Shown here: in pieces, positions 1 through 12,623 of the stretch
How the letters are laid out: every line of letters begins with the position of its first letter
Position numbering within the stretch: the stretch's first letter is position 1
DNA from: Candidatus Parcubacteria bacterium
GTDB lineage: Bacteria > Patescibacteriota > Minisyncoccia > UBA6257 > 2-01-FULL-56-20
Length of the DNA stretch: 64,000 nt
Assembly: GCA_027450205.1 (NCBI GenBank)
Contig: DAIDJL010000002.1
Span: 93,758-157,757 of the forward strand
Direction of reading: 5' to 3'
Translations under genes and position numbers: made by a program
Notes under the pieces: model-generated
What the model was told of the DNA's origin: nothing
Databases searched by the model: none
The model's input: the letters and a program-made list of their open reading frames with translations, nothing else

Positions 1-296
1 TCAAAGCGAGGCCTTGTTCTTTTTCAATATGCTCAATAACCTCAAAACAGATAATTGCATCAAATGAATTATCAGAAAAGGCAAGCTCGGCAAAATCAGA
101 TAAAAGATATTCATCGTGAATGCCTTTTTGCCTGCTCTCCTCCAAATATGGCTCGCAAGCATCGACGCCAACGGAATATATTTTCCGTATTTTTGTCAAT
201 ACAGAAGACCGGCCACATCCAAGATCAAGAACTTTCTTACATCCGCAAAGTTGGCGTTCAATATAACGATAATATATTTTTTTAAAAAAAGTCATT
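1..296 (-). CDS. Class I SAM-dependent methyltransferase (motif I VLDLGCG). The 3' end runs off the window. An ATG overlaps the stop of the upstream epimerase (ATGA), but the methyltransferase frame is offset by one base after a T6A7 homopolymer, so the start is either frameshifted or an alternative TTG.
   Basis: Hand translation of the minus strand gives ...KKVLDLGCGRSSVLTKIRKIYSVGVDACEPYLEESRQKGIHDEYLLSDFAELAFSDNSFDAIICFEVIEHIEKEQGLAL. The ATG at 296-294 is in the -1 frame and hits a stop after 19 codons. Confidence 0.5.
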
Positions 297-1257
297 TTTC
301 TTTTTTGGTCAGAATAAGGCCCCAAGAGACAAGTGTTCTTCTAAGCCCTTCTTCAAAATCAATCTTCGGCTTCCAGCCAAGTTCTTTCTTTGCTTTCGCA
401 ACGTCAAGACAATATTTGTTTAGCTCTCCAGGGAGCTCGTGTCGCTGTACAATTCTTTTCTTCTTTCCTAGAAGCTTTGCGAGTGTCGCATAAAGATCAA
501 TAAGACCCTCCCTGCGGCCGGTTCCAACATTAAATATTGGATTTTTGTGCGATGCCGGAATTGTAATTGCACGCAAACTGATATCGACAACATCATCAAT
601 ATAGACGTAATCTCTCGTTTTTTTTCCATAAAATTCGGTCGGAGCTTCAGCATTTAAATCGCGGATATAAGCTGCCATTGCGCCCATAATTTGGCGGGGG
701 CCATAGACTGCAGCTGGACGCAAAATTACAAAGTCAATGCCGAAATTTCTTTTATAAAAATGAAGATATCCCTCAATGGTATATTTGGTTATCCCATAAG
801 GAGAACAAGGGTCATGGGACTCCGTTTCTTTTGTTGGAAAATGTACGGTATTGCCATAAATAAAACCTGAGGAAAAAAATATTATTTTTTTTATGCCATA
901 TTTCTTTGCTGCCTGGAGTATGTTAATCGAACCACGAAGATCGTCTATATTAATCAATGGATCCTTTACGGATCTTGGAACGCTTGAGTGATAGGCAAGG
1001 TGATAAATATAAGCGTCTTTATACCTCCGCATGAGTAGGTCGAGCTGCTTTCCATCCGCGATATTTATTTTATAAAAGCGCGCTTTTGGGTTTATATTTT
1101 CCTTACGACCCGTGGAAAGATCATCCACAATAATTACCTTCCCGCCCCTCGCAATAAGCGCATCCGCAATATGCGATCCAATGAAGCCGGCGCCGCCGGT
1201 TATAAGAAAAGTCTTTCCCCTGAGAGAGCGCGGTAATGTTATTCCAAATTTTAACAT
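292..1257 (-). CDS. NAD-dependent epimerase/dehydratase (extended SDR; UDP-sugar 4-epimerase-like)
   Basis: TGGAGFIGSH Rossmann motif, YGITK catalytic YxxxK, 321 aa. Confidence 0.85.
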   Translation of the reverse strand: MLKFGITLPRSLRGKTFLITGGAGFIGSHIADALIARGGKVIIVDDLSTGRKENINPKARFYKINIADGKQLDLLMRRYKDAYIYHLAYHSSVPRSVKDPLINIDDLRGSINILQAAKKYGIKKIIFFSSGFIYGNTVHFPTKETESHDPCSPYGITKYTIEGYLHFYKRNFGIDFVILRPAAVYGPRQIMGAMAAYIRDLNAEAPTEFYGKKTRDYVYIDDVVDISLRAITIPASHKNPIFNVGTGRREGLIDLYATLAKLLGKKKRIVQRHELPGELNKYCLDVAKAKKELGWKPKIDFEEGLRRTLVSWGLILTKKEK

Positions 1258-1367
1258 ATGGTAAATTGTACTTCTATTTAAAATATTTGAAAAGTAGTAT
1301 CAAAAGCTTAATAATATGCACCTTCCCAAATCACCACAAATCATCATTTTAGGATTATAATTGAACC

Positions 1368-2246
1368 ATGCCCAAGCCCGTTATCGCCGCTGTTATCGTT
1401 ACATGGAATCCCCTCCAATCGGATATCCTCGAATGTATAAAAAAACTCTTAAGCCAAGTCGATATTGTTATTTATAGCGACAATGGATCGAATACCGAAA
1501 CCAAAAAGCTCATCGTGGAGTTGGAAGCTGAACATAAAAAGATATCCTGCATCTGGAACGGCATTAATCTCGGGATTGCCACAGCACTTAACAATGGGGT
1601 TTCCTATGCAAAAAAAATGGGAGCAAATTGGATATTGACGCTCGACCACGATAGCGTGCCCGAAGATGGGATGATTTTCAAGATGCTTGACGCCTACGAG
1701 CGTCTTGGACAGGAAGAGAAAAATGCGACCGCAATCGTATGTCCCAATTTCATGCTTGCGAAAGGCATCGCGTACCCGGACTCCGCTCCCCGTCTTATCG
1801 AAACAAGTATCACTTCTGGCCAGTTGGTGAAAATGGATTTATTCGAAAAAATCGGCGGGTATGAAGATAAGCTCTTTATAGAATGCGTCGATCATGAATT
1901 TTGTTTCCATGCGCGCAAGGAAGGATATAAGATACTTCTCGTCCCGAACGCGATAATAAAACAAAGGATTGGAAATCCATCCGTAAAAAAAATATTCGGG
2001 AGGACGTTTACCGTCCCCCACTATAGCCCAGAGCGATATTATTATCAGCTTCGCAATACTATTTTCATTTATAAAAAATATCTCAAGACTGAATTGCCGT
2101 GGATCATAAAAAATATCCGCTCAACCATTTACTCATTAGGGAAGGTAGTATTTTATGAAAATGCCCCATTTAAAAAAATAAAATTTGCCGCATGGGGCAT
2201 TTTTGACGGGATGCGAGGAAAATTCGGGGAATTCAAAAATAGATAG
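1368..2246 (+). CDS. Family 2 glycosyltransferase (rhamnosyltransferase-like)
   Basis: VIVTWN N-terminus and DHD/DxD region typical of GT2; 292 aa. Confidence 0.8.
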   Translation: MPKPVIAAVIVTWNPLQSDILECIKKLLSQVDIVIYSDNGSNTETKKLIVELEAEHKKISCIWNGINLGIATALNNGVSYAKKMGANWILTLDHDSVPEDGMIFKMLDAYERLGQEEKNATAIVCPNFMLAKGIAYPDSAPRLIETSITSGQLVKMDLFEKIGGYEDKLFIECVDHEFCFHARKEGYKILLVPNAIIKQRIGNPSVKKIFGRTFTVPHYSPERYYYQLRNTIFIYKKYLKTELPWIIKNIRSTIYSLGKVVFYENAPFKKIKFAAWGIFDGMRGKFGEFKNR

Positions 2247-2345
2247 AAAAACATTATTGCCGCAAAAATTAATATTTGGTATGCTGAGCAATGTATTCAG
2301 TAATAAAATATCCATGAAAAAATCCTATTTAAGGAGGTCGCTGAC

Positions 2346-3081
2346 GATGATAAAAGAAAATGGATTGGTCGCGTTCCTAAAAAAAGCATGGAGGGCCTTA
2401 CTTTCGCGATATGACTCATTAGGCCTCATACTTTATCCCCTGGCATATTTTAAAATTCCAAAAGCTGCACAAAAGATCAGCACTGCAACTTCTGCGGTAA
2501 ATTTTTCTTTTGATAAAATAGGCGGTATTATAGAACCAACACAGATAAGATGGGAGCTATCCTCGCTCGCCCAGATCGTTGAATCACTTCATCCACGTAT
2601 AATATTGGAGGTTGGTACTGCAAGAGGGGGAACCCTCTTCACATTCTCACGCCTAGCGAAAGATGATGCAATAATTATCAGCATCGATCTTCCCGGCGGA
2701 AATTTTGGCGGGGGATATCCGCAATGGAAGGAATCTCTTTATAAAAAATTTGCGGCTGGTTCACAAAAAATCTTCCTTCTCCGAGCCGATTCTCATAGCG
2801 ATCAGACGGTTAAAAAAATACGGGACATCCTCAGCGGACGGAAAATTGATTTTCTATTTATCGACGGTGATCATACCTATGAAGGTGTAGCGAAAGACTT
2901 TACTAGTTATTCTTCGTTTGTACGAGAAGGAGGAATTATCGCATTTCATGATATCCGATCCCCCGAACCGACATATGGAGTGCCTCGTTTATGGAGCGAA
3001 CTAAAACAACGTCATAGCTACAAAGAGTTTTTGATACCCGGAGGCGTAAATATGGGTATAGGCGTTCTGTTTATGAAATAA
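2346..3081 (+). CDS. SAM-dependent sugar O-methyltransferase (CmcI / Methyltransf_24-like)
   Basis: LEVGTARGGT and FIDGDHTYEG motifs. AAGGAGG lies 8 nt upstream of the ATG at 2346. The ORF track extends it to 2185, overlapping the previous gene. Confidence 0.7.
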
Positions 3082-3106
3082 GTCGAAACGAAGCACCCCC
3101 CCGCTC

Positions 3107-3928
3107 TTATTTTTCTAATAGTTTTTCCGCCCAGCGTTTCTGCTCGATTAAGGACGCCGCTTCGGATCCTCCTCCAACGAAATGGGCGAATTTTCCGCAC
3201 ATATAAATTCCAACAAAAGGCGCGATTTCAAAAGTCGGGACGCGCGGATGTCCATATATTTCGGAGAATCGCAAAGCAAAATCTTGGGATCGATTGATCT
3301 TTATCCTCCCCCCGGTATCAAGCCCCCATGCTGGCAAAAAATTTGGTTTTCTTTTTTCGAGTGGCGCAAAATTGAAACATGCGAATCCCGCCCACCAGGC
3401 AAAATAGGGCTGCCAAAATCGATGAAAGGATCGATGGTATGATATGACGCCCCACGAATCGTAAAGGTTAAGATATGTGTTAATGGAGAGATCTTCGACC
3501 AACATTAAATCGGCATCCATGAATACAAATGCTCTTGGTTTGAATTTTTTAATAATATTCTCATAGATCCAGTTGAGTGCGAATCCATGTGATTGACTGC
3601 CATCCATGCCCGGATTCTTAGGGAGCCGCACATAGGATATCCCGTTCTCGATACAATACGTCATTATTTCTTTCGCCCGATCTTCCTTATTTGAATTATC
3701 GGCAACGAAATATTTATAAGTATCCCGCAAGTGCTTTCTAAGAAATCGATTCTGAAGATTGATAAGCTCGACGTCATTAAAAGCAATCACAAAAATAAAA
3801 AGTTGCGTGGTATCAGTAGGGGTAATGGATTCAAAAACGGCGGGTTGGTGTATATAACGCTTATTTGAAAAAGACGCTAAAAATAACTTAAAAAAAAATT
3901 TATAAAACTTTTTAAAAAAATCTTGCAT
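3107..3928 (-). CDS. Putative glycosyltransferase (nucleotide-diphospho-sugar transferase fold)
   Basis: 273 aa, FVADNSN and DAD acidic motifs, sits inside the glycan cluster. Confidence 0.55.
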   Translation of the reverse strand: MQDFFKKFYKFFFKLFLASFSNKRYIHQPAVFESITPTDTTQLFIFVIAFNDVELINLQNRFLRKHLRDTYKYFVADNSNKEDRAKEIMTYCIENGISYVRLPKNPGMDGSQSHGFALNWIYENIIKKFKPRAFVFMDADLMLVEDLSINTYLNLYDSWGVISYHRSFHRFWQPYFAWWAGFACFNFAPLEKRKPNFLPAWGLDTGGRIKINRSQDFALRFSEIYGHPRVPTFEIAPFVGIYMCGKFAHFVGGGSEAASLIEQKRWAEKLLEK

Positions 3929-3969
3929 GATTTTTACCGTCTTGTTTTATTGAATCTAAAATGGTTTAT

Positions 3970-4683
3970 CTATTTCGTCCGCCCCGAAGCCCATGTTGCA
4001 CTTTTATAAAGGGATTCAAACGTACCGGCGTCAGACCAAAAACCATTGAGAATGCCGTAATGAAGATTGCCCTCTTCTAGATAAAAATTTTGGACATCGG
4101 TTATCTCTAGCTCATTTCTCAATGAAGGCTTTAGTGTTTTTATTTTTGAAAATACGTCGGAATCGTAAAGATAAAAACCAACTATCGCCAGATCTGACTT
4201 TGGCTCTTTTGGTTTCTCGATGACGTTCATAATTTTCCCATTCTTTATTTCCGCAACCCCAAAGCGCTTAGGGTCAGCGACGCTTTTTAGAAAAACCATA
4301 GCACCATTAAGAGTTTCGAACTTTCTTATATCCTCCAAAAAATTGTTCTCAAAAATATTATCACCTAAGATCACCGCGACCTTCTCATTACCTATAAAAT
4401 CCTCCGCAAGGCCAAGCGCCGCCGCGATACCGCCGGAATCATTTTGTAAGGCATAAGATAACTTTACGCCGTACTCCCTCCCCGAACCAAGAAAATTCAT
4501 AAAGTGGCCGCCGTGCTCCTTTCCACAGACAACCATAATATCCGTAACTCCAGATCGCTCCAGAGTCTCGATTGGATACAAAATCATCGGTTTGTCATAA
4601 ACCGGCAAAAGATGCTTATTGGTGATGAGCGTGAGCGGTACCAAGCGCGTGCCCATTCCCCCAGCCAAAATTACACCTTTCAT
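3970..4683 (-). CDS. Sugar-1-phosphate nucleotidyltransferase (glucose-1-phosphate thymidylyl/cytidylyltransferase-like)
   Basis: N-terminal GGMGTRL signature, 237 aa. Confidence 0.8.
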   Translation of the reverse strand: MKGVILAGGMGTRLVPLTLITNKHLLPVYDKPMILYPIETLERSGVTDIMVVCGKEHGGHFMNFLGSGREYGVKLSYALQNDSGGIAAALGLAEDFIGNEKVAVILGDNIFENNFLEDIRKFETLNGAMVFLKSVADPKRFGVAEIKNGKIMNVIEKPKEPKSDLAIVGFYLYDSDVFSKIKTLKPSLRNELEITDVQNFYLEEGNLHYGILNGFWSDAGTFESLYKSATWASGRTK

Positions 4684-4817
4684 AATAATTATAACTATAT
4701 ATCATTTCCTGAAAAAAAACAGAAGACGTATTCGTCATACCATAGCCCATATTGCAGATAGATCCTATGCGCGCCGGCGGGCAGAATTGCAAGGGTAATT
4801 TGTTGAAAAGACCTCTC

Positions 4818-5567
4818 CTACAACCGCATTGCATTTACAATATGATTTTCAGTATCATACGACACGCAATATCCGTTCCTCGCAAGAAAATCCATAAAAT
4901 GCGTTAAACCGAACTTACTATATTTAGCATGCCATTCAATTGCCATCGCCTCGATTTTCCTTAAGATGCCGGGCGGGTAGTTCAAAAGAGTCGCCTCTTC
5001 AGATCCTTCGCAATCCATTTTTATAAAATCGCATCGTTGGATTTTTTCAAGTGCTTTACCGAGCGAAATCGAAGGGAAATCCATGACCTCGCTACCAGCT
5101 GATGCATGGATGCTTGCTTCCTTATTCGTAGGATATATATACATTTTTACCGCCCCATCTTGGGCTCCTACGGCAACCGGGAATACATCGATGTCGCAAA
5201 GATTCATTTCCGCATTTTTCTTTATCGCCTCAACGTTACTTAACACCGGCTCAAATGCCAATACGCGAACATTCTTTGCCGCCTTTGAAGCTTTAATAGA
5301 AAATATGCCAATATTTGCGCCAATATCAAGAACAATAAAATTATCTTTGATTGGAAAAGTATCATAAGGGGCATCCATCCATATCTCCCTAATCATAGCT
5401 GCATCGCCGACCGGCTTTGGGAGGAGATAGCATATTCCATTGCGCAGATGAATAAATACATCTTTTTGCCTGAATGGGTGGAGACGAGCCCATAAATAAG
5501 CAATCGGATTGGAAATTTCTGCAGCGACCCACCGTATTTCCGCCAGCCTTCTTTTTATTTTTTTCAT
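4818..5567 (-). CDS. FkbM family methyltransferase
   Basis: VLDIGANIG ... KMDCEGSE motifs. The start was chosen at MKKIKRR (ATG at 5567) because it avoids overlapping the upstream gene. Confidence 0.75.
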   Translation of the reverse strand: MKKIKRRLAEIRWVAAEISNPIAYLWARLHPFRQKDVFIHLRNGICYLLPKPVGDAAMIREIWMDAPYDTFPIKDNFIVLDIGANIGIFSIKASKAAKNVRVLAFEPVLSNVEAIKKNAEMNLCDIDVFPVAVGAQDGAVKMYIYPTNKEASIHASAGSEVMDFPSISLGKALEKIQRCDFIKMDCEGSEEATLLNYPPGILRKIEAMAIEWHAKYSKFGLTHFMDFLARNGYCVSYDTENHIVNAMRL

Positions 5568-5595
5568 ATTTATAAGATTATGATTTAAAAAAATA

Positions 5596-6486
5596 TCATA
5601 CCGTTTCCCATCCTCGCGTAAGAGCCATTCCTTGTGCCTGTCCCGCAAGCCACTCCTTCGGCGCGATTACGATCTTCTCCGGATTCCGGTTCAGCCATGC
5701 CCCCCACCAGGAAAATGTACTGTTCGCGATGATATTGTGCTTGCATAACGACATAAGCTGGAGATGGTGGCTTGCCTTGGGTCCCTGGGAATTACGTTCC
5801 ACATATTCCACGGGAAACGCAGGCTTGATATTTTCTTTGCACCATGCAATGTCATCTGAAAAGATATAAAATGTAGGATTGTCCACTGTTGCCGCAATAG
5901 TATCGATGGCCCGACGGTAATAGTCGAGATTCGTCTCCCCATACATCTTTTGATATTTTGGGGCGACATAATCCGTTCGACGCACATGGAGCGAAACCGA
6001 GTTTTTCCTCTTGATATCTTCCGCGATCTGCACGGCGGCGCCGTCAAGCGGGTGGACAAAACGGAACGCCTCGCGCAATTCATCCTCGATGCCATCGAAA
6101 TATTTGGGCGACTGCCAAAATCCCCAGAGAAAAATTTCCTTCTTGCCGCTCACCACTTCCGGATCAAATGTGAACCCTTTTTTTTCCTTAAAAAATTTTC
6201 GTATGCCAAAGCCGCTCTTTATCGCCGCCACGGCAAGATCGATGCCAAGCCATATCCCGGGGATTGGAAAAGACGCGGATAGTTTTGAGAGCGAGGTCAA
6301 CGGCGCCACCACGTTAAAAATATCGAGGTCATACGTCCTCGGACTGAATGCCGGACGCGGGAAACGATCGTTCAAATAGACCGTATCAAGGACGAGCGGT
6401 ACGCCCCCTGCGCGCGCGGCCGCACGTCCCGCCGCATACTGAAACATCTGGTTCCCCAATCCTCCCCGTAAGGCGGCAATTACCAT
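5596..6486 (-). CDS. Alpha-1,2-fucosyltransferase (GT11 family)
   Basis: N-terminal GGLGNQMFQYA hallmark, 296 aa. Confidence 0.8.
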   Translation of the reverse strand: MVIAALRGGLGNQMFQYAAGRAAARAGGVPLVLDTVYLNDRFPRPAFSPRTYDLDIFNVVAPLTSLSKLSASFPIPGIWLGIDLAVAAIKSGFGIRKFFKEKKGFTFDPEVVSGKKEIFLWGFWQSPKYFDGIEDELREAFRFVHPLDGAAVQIAEDIKRKNSVSLHVRRTDYVAPKYQKMYGETNLDYYRRAIDTIAATVDNPTFYIFSDDIAWCKENIKPAFPVEYVERNSQGPKASHHLQLMSLCKHNIIANSTFSWWGAWLNRNPEKIVIAPKEWLAGQAQGMALTRGWETV

Positions 6487-6492
6487 TATTTT

Positions 6493-8419
<1,927 letters not shown>

Positions 8420-8450
8420 CGGATGTATCCTTCTCCTTCCCGTAGGAGTC

Positions 8451-9113
8451 CTACTTCTTCGTCGACGAAGCCGCTGCCGGAGTACTGGATGCCATTACCT
8501 TAAAGAGCGCCATCGCCTGCGCGATGCGCGTGTCGGTAGGCCAATTCTTAAGAATGGTCGTCCCGACCTCGAGCGTGCCGCTCACGTTATTCTCGGCGCG
8601 GTAGACGTCAAAGAGGCCGTAGAGCGATTGCGGACGGTTAGGACCGAGCGCCACGCCTTCCTGGTACCATTTCTGCGCTGCAATGAGGTACGTCGGATCA
8701 CCGGTCGTGGCGAATGCGATCTCGTTGATGGCGCCCTCCAAATAGAGATCCTGGCCAAAGCTCATGCCCTTGCCGGCGTTCAGGATCGGATCGTAATAGC
8801 TGTTAAGGTAGCCGATGAGCGCCGCAGTGGAGCTGGCATTGCCGCCCTGCTGGACGAACGAGAGCACGCTGTTCGCCATATTGCGCACCAGCTCTTCCTG
8901 GCCGATGGGCGACGGGGCGTCAAGCGGCACCGAAAGCTTGTTCTCAAGGTCCTGCAGCGAAGTTGCCTGGCCGCCCGGCGTCTGGAGCCCCTGCAGGGTG
9001 GCGATGAACATCTGCGCTTTCCGCATCGGCAGATATGAGCCGTAATACGCGATGCCCAAAATTGCCGCTACGATGATGACTGCCGCTACTCTTTGGTATG
9101 TTCGGTCTTCCAT
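8451..9113 (-). CDS. Hypothetical membrane-anchored exported protein
   Basis: Start taken at [25 protein letters not shown] (single N-terminal TM helix). The ORF track start at 9236 would overlap the upstream gene. Confidence 0.45.
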   Translation of the reverse strand: MEDRTYQRVAAVIIVAAILGIAYYGSYLPMRKAQMFIATLQGLQTPGGQATSLQDLENKLSVPLDAPSPIGQEELVRNMANSVLSFVQQGGNASSTAALIGYLNSYYDPILNAGKGMSFGQDLYLEGAINEIAFATTGDPTYLIAAQKWYQEGVALGPNRPQSLYGLFDVYRAENNVSGTLEVGTTILKNWPTDTRIAQAMALFKVMASSTPAAASSTKK

Positions 9114-9120
9114 GGATGTG

Positions 9121-10758
9121 TTATTGCGCGTGCGCTGATTTTTTATGGACCGAGAAATAGTACGCCGCAAATGCGAGGAACAGGAAGAGGACGATATACA
9201 TCGGGAAGACGTCAAAGATGGCGATCCCCTGCACAAGATACGCGATCGGCAGGGCCACGATCAACCCTTTCTTTAACTCGGACGTTTCGTGCTTATGCGC
9301 ACCCTTGAAGAACTCCCAATAGAACATAAAGAAGACGGCAAGGTAGGCAAGAAGCCCAAGGACGCCGGTCTCCGTCAGGTAGTCAAAGTACACGCTGTGC
9401 GCGCGATCGAACCACGTCTCCGCGTTCTGGCCCGGCACGTAGAAGTTCGGATTGAAGAACTTGTCAAAGACCGGCGTAAAATTCTCCGGACCCCAGCCGA
9501 GTATCGGCCGCTCCAGGAATCCCTGCCATGCCTCGCCCCACACCCAGAAACGGGTCTGAGCGGTTGAATCCGTAGCGCTGATCCGCAACAACCTGGATTC
9601 CGGAAGATTCTGGATGCTTGACGCATAGTGGAAGGAGATGATGCCAGCTCCCACCACAATAACCCCAACAACCCCCAATATGATCCTGAAAATTTTGCGT
9701 GCGAGGGCGTTCTTTGAGAATGCCAGGCAGATAAGGAATACAAGAATGCCAAGGTTCGTTCCGACGACGATCGCTGAAACAAGACTGCCCGCAGTGCTAT
9801 GTCCGAGCATGGCTTTCTCCACTATGAAAGTTATGGCGAGAATAGCAAGAAATATTGATGCGGAAACCTTGCGCATGCGCGCGCCTTCCTGAAAGACCAG
9901 ATAGCCAAGCAGGACGAACATTCCGCCATCCAGCCCCAAAAATGCGCCGCGCGTCTGGCCGAGAATAAAGAAAAAGAAGAGAATTGCGATAAGAACGCCG
10001 TAGCCCCACGACTTGAGCTTCGTGAGCGTTCCCGCAAGCTTGCTTGAAAGCCAGAGGTACGCCGCAAAGAACATGGAGAAGATAAGGTACGGATCAACGT
10101 ATGCCGGATTGCCGAGCGACCCTTCAAAGCGCCCGTCAACAAGCTGGTGCCACCATCCTGCCGGCGGGGTGCTTCCCGCATACGGGCCGATAAAGCCCGC
10201 GACGCCGAAGTTCCCAAAGAGGCCGTAGATGATCATGATCCCCGCTGAAACGAGCGAGAACCGGAAGATATTCTTCCAATCCTTTTCGTCAACGAAGATG
10301 AGCACAAGGAGCAGGAAGAACAGATAGTAATGCAGCATCTGGAAACCGCCTTCGCCACGCTCGAAGTTTGACCAGAACGCCGCCTGGAAATCGTAGGCGA
10401 AAACGCTCGCGAGCTCGAAGATGGCCACGAAAACGCTGACGGCGATGACAAGGGGCTTATGGAAAAGCGCGATGATGCGGGCCTTCGCCTGACCCTTCTT
10501 TGCCTCAAACGCCCACCAGAGCACCATGCACGCAAGCGCCAATTCTACGACGAACCTGAAGAAAAAATCCTTCCCGCCGATGAAGGGGAAGAATATGGAA
10601 TTCATCACGATGATCACCGAGAATACGGCAATATAGAGATACCATTTTGCGATGCGCTCAAACGAAAACTTCATCAGTTTGGCAACGATGCCAAGGAGCA
10701 GGAGTCCCGCGATGACGGAAGCGGTGACGGGGTGGCTGAAAATAGTGTCGTTTATCAT
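9121..10758 (-). CDS. O-antigen ligase / Wzy_C family polytopic membrane protein
   Basis: More than 10 predicted TM helices; LGQTRGAFLGL and H...DYL periplasmic-loop motifs. Confidence 0.7.
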   Translation of the reverse strand: MINDTIFSHPVTASVIAGLLLLGIVAKLMKFSFERIAKWYLYIAVFSVIIVMNSIFFPFIGGKDFFFRFVVELALACMVLWWAFEAKKGQAKARIIALFHKPLVIAVSVFVAIFELASVFAYDFQAAFWSNFERGEGGFQMLHYYLFFLLLVLIFVDEKDWKNIFRFSLVSAGIMIIYGLFGNFGVAGFIGPYAGSTPPAGWWHQLVDGRFEGSLGNPAYVDPYLIFSMFFAAYLWLSSKLAGTLTKLKSWGYGVLIAILFFFFILGQTRGAFLGLDGGMFVLLGYLVFQEGARMRKVSASIFLAILAITFIVEKAMLGHSTAGSLVSAIVVGTNLGILVFLICLAFSKNALARKIFRIILGVVGVIVVGAGIISFHYASSIQNLPESRLLRISATDSTAQTRFWVWGEAWQGFLERPILGWGPENFTPVFDKFFNPNFYVPGQNAETWFDRAHSVYFDYLTETGVLGLLAYLAVFFMFYWEFFKGAHKHETSELKKGLIVALPIAYLVQGIAIFDVFPMYIVLFLFLAFAAYYFSVHKKSAHAQ

Positions 10759-10820
10759 GTCAGATTATTGTAGCATACTCGTTCTTTTTTTGACCAGCAC
10801 CGCCGGACCGCCGGATCCCG

Positions 10821-12317
10821 CTAGCGCGCGTATTCCACGGCCCGCATCTCGCGGATCACATTTACCTTGATCTCGCCCGGATATTTGAGCTCCGTCTGTA
10901 TCTTGTTTGCGATCTCGCGCGCGAGCTCCAAAGCGCGGAAGTCGTCCACTTTTTCGGGGATCACGAAGACGCGCAATTCGCGGCCCGCGGCGATCGCGTA
11001 CGCGCTCTTTACGCCGGCGAAATCGCCCGCGATCTTCTCCAGGTCGGCAAGGCGCTTTACATAATTCTCCAGCGTACCGCGGCGGGCGCCGGGGCGCGCG
11101 GCCGACAGCACGTCTGCGGCGGTGACCACATACGCCTCGGGCCGCGCATACGGATAATCGTCGTGATGCGATTGCATCGCCTCCACGACGCGCTCGTCAA
11201 TGTTATATTTGCGCAGCAGCTTCATGCCGAGCTCCACGTGCGTGCCTTCCACTTCATGGTCGATCGCCTTGCCGATGTCGTGGAGCAGGGCTCCCTTCTT
11301 TGCCACTTCGGCGTTCAAGCCAAGCTCTCGCGCCATCATTTCGGCGATGTATGCCATTTCCGTCGAGTGGACGAGCACGTTCTGACCGTAGCTCGTGCGG
11401 AAGTGCAACCGCCCGATCATCTGTAAAAGCTCCTTCGGGAGGTCGAATATGCCGAGATCCTGCGCTGCGGCATCGCCGATCTCCTGCGTACGCTTGGCCA
11501 GGTCCGCTTTTGCCGTCTCCACGCTCTCCTCTATTTTTGCCGGCTGGATGCGGCCGTCCTTTACGAGCCGCTCCAGCGCAAGCCTTGCCACTTCGCGGCG
11601 GAACGGATCGAATGACGAAATGATGATCGCGTCCGGCGCCTCGTCTATGATGAATTCCACGCCGGTGGCGCGCTCAAGCGCGCGGATGTTGCGCCCCTCG
11701 CGGCCGATGATCTTCCCCTTCAGCTCTTCGTCGCCAAGCTGGAAAAGCGTCGTCGTCATCTCCGCCACGTGCGAGCGCGCGTAACGCTGGAGCGCTATCG
11801 TAATGATGTCATTGGCGCGCTTTTCCACCTCTTCGCGGTTTTCGCGGTCGATCTTTTGTATTGATTGCGCCAGGTCCTGCGAGCGGTCCTCTTTTGCGCG
11901 GCGCAAGATCTCTTCTTTCGCTTCCATCACAGAAAGTCCGCCGATCTTCTCCAGGCGCGACTCTATTTCTCCCTCTTTTTTGATGACCGCCTCTTCCTTT
12001 GCTCTCGCGCTTTCCTCTCTCGTGCGGAGCTTGCCCTCTTCCGCGGAAAGGTCCGCCAGCTTCTTATCCAGCGTCTCCTCGCGGTGCAAAACCCGCGCTT
12101 CAAGCGCATCGATCTCCTTGCGGCGGTCCTTTTCTTCGTTCTTTAGCTCCACCAAAAGCGAGGCAGCCTTCTCTTTTGCCTCTAAAACGATCTCTTTTGC
12201 TTTTGTCTCCGCCTCCGCAAGTTTATTTGCCCCCGAATATCTGCGCGCGAGATATCCCGCGACTCCTCCCACCGCCAAAAACACCACCGCGCTGAGCGCC
12301 ACGTATGTTATTTCCAT
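10821..12317 (-). CDS. rny: Ribonuclease Y
   Basis: N-terminal TM helix, coiled coil, KH domain (GREGRNIRALE) and HD domain (HSTEMAYIA...HDIGK). Confidence 0.9.
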   Translation of the reverse strand: MEITYVALSAVVFLAVGGVAGYLARRYSGANKLAEAETKAKEIVLEAKEKAASLLVELKNEEKDRRKEIDALEARVLHREETLDKKLADLSAEEGKLRTREESARAKEEAVIKKEGEIESRLEKIGGLSVMEAKEEILRRAKEDRSQDLAQSIQKIDRENREEVEKRANDIITIALQRYARSHVAEMTTTLFQLGDEELKGKIIGREGRNIRALERATGVEFIIDEAPDAIIISSFDPFRREVARLALERLVKDGRIQPAKIEESVETAKADLAKRTQEIGDAAAQDLGIFDLPKELLQMIGRLHFRTSYGQNVLVHSTEMAYIAEMMARELGLNAEVAKKGALLHDIGKAIDHEVEGTHVELGMKLLRKYNIDERVVEAMQSHHDDYPYARPEAYVVTAADVLSAARPGARRGTLENYVKRLADLEKIAGDFAGVKSAYAIAAGRELRVFVIPEKVDDFRALELAREIANKIQTELKYPGEIKVNVIREMRAVEYAR

Positions 12318-12408
12318 GATAATAATTGGTTCCCGAAAGTTTCATGATTTTAAGGACTTTTTGATTGCCTTTATGATAGCCCAAAATGAGGCCTGCGGTC
12401 AAGGAACT

Positions 12409-12436
12409 TTGACAGACCCTTTTGAATTGTTATTAT
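12409..12436 (+). promoter_or_regulatory. Sigma70-like promoter TTGACA-16-TATTAT driving a short transcript
   Basis: TTGACA at 12409-12414 and TATTAT at 12431-12436. Downstream are AAGGATG, a 10-codon ORF and a GNRA-looped hairpin plus T-run near 12489-12507. Confidence 0.35.
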
Positions 12437-12568
12437 AGTTAAGGATGTCAGTCCAGATCATTCAGCATTATGTTTGAATCTGCAAAGAGCCCGGCAACGG
12501 GTTTTTTGTTTTGTGGGAGAGATCCCACGCTGGGCGGACGATGTTCGAAGGATTTTTATGGCTTAATC

Positions 12569-12603
12569 AAAAAAACAAGAGCCCGCCAGGTTTCCCTGGC
12601 GGG
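12569..12603 (-). terminator. Rho-independent terminator for the 12624..12983 minus-strand ORF
   Basis: 9-bp stem cccgccagg/cctggcggg with loop tttc, followed on the minus strand by tcttgtttttt. Confidence 0.55.
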
Positions 12604-12623
12604 GTGAGGCAACCTTTTGAATA

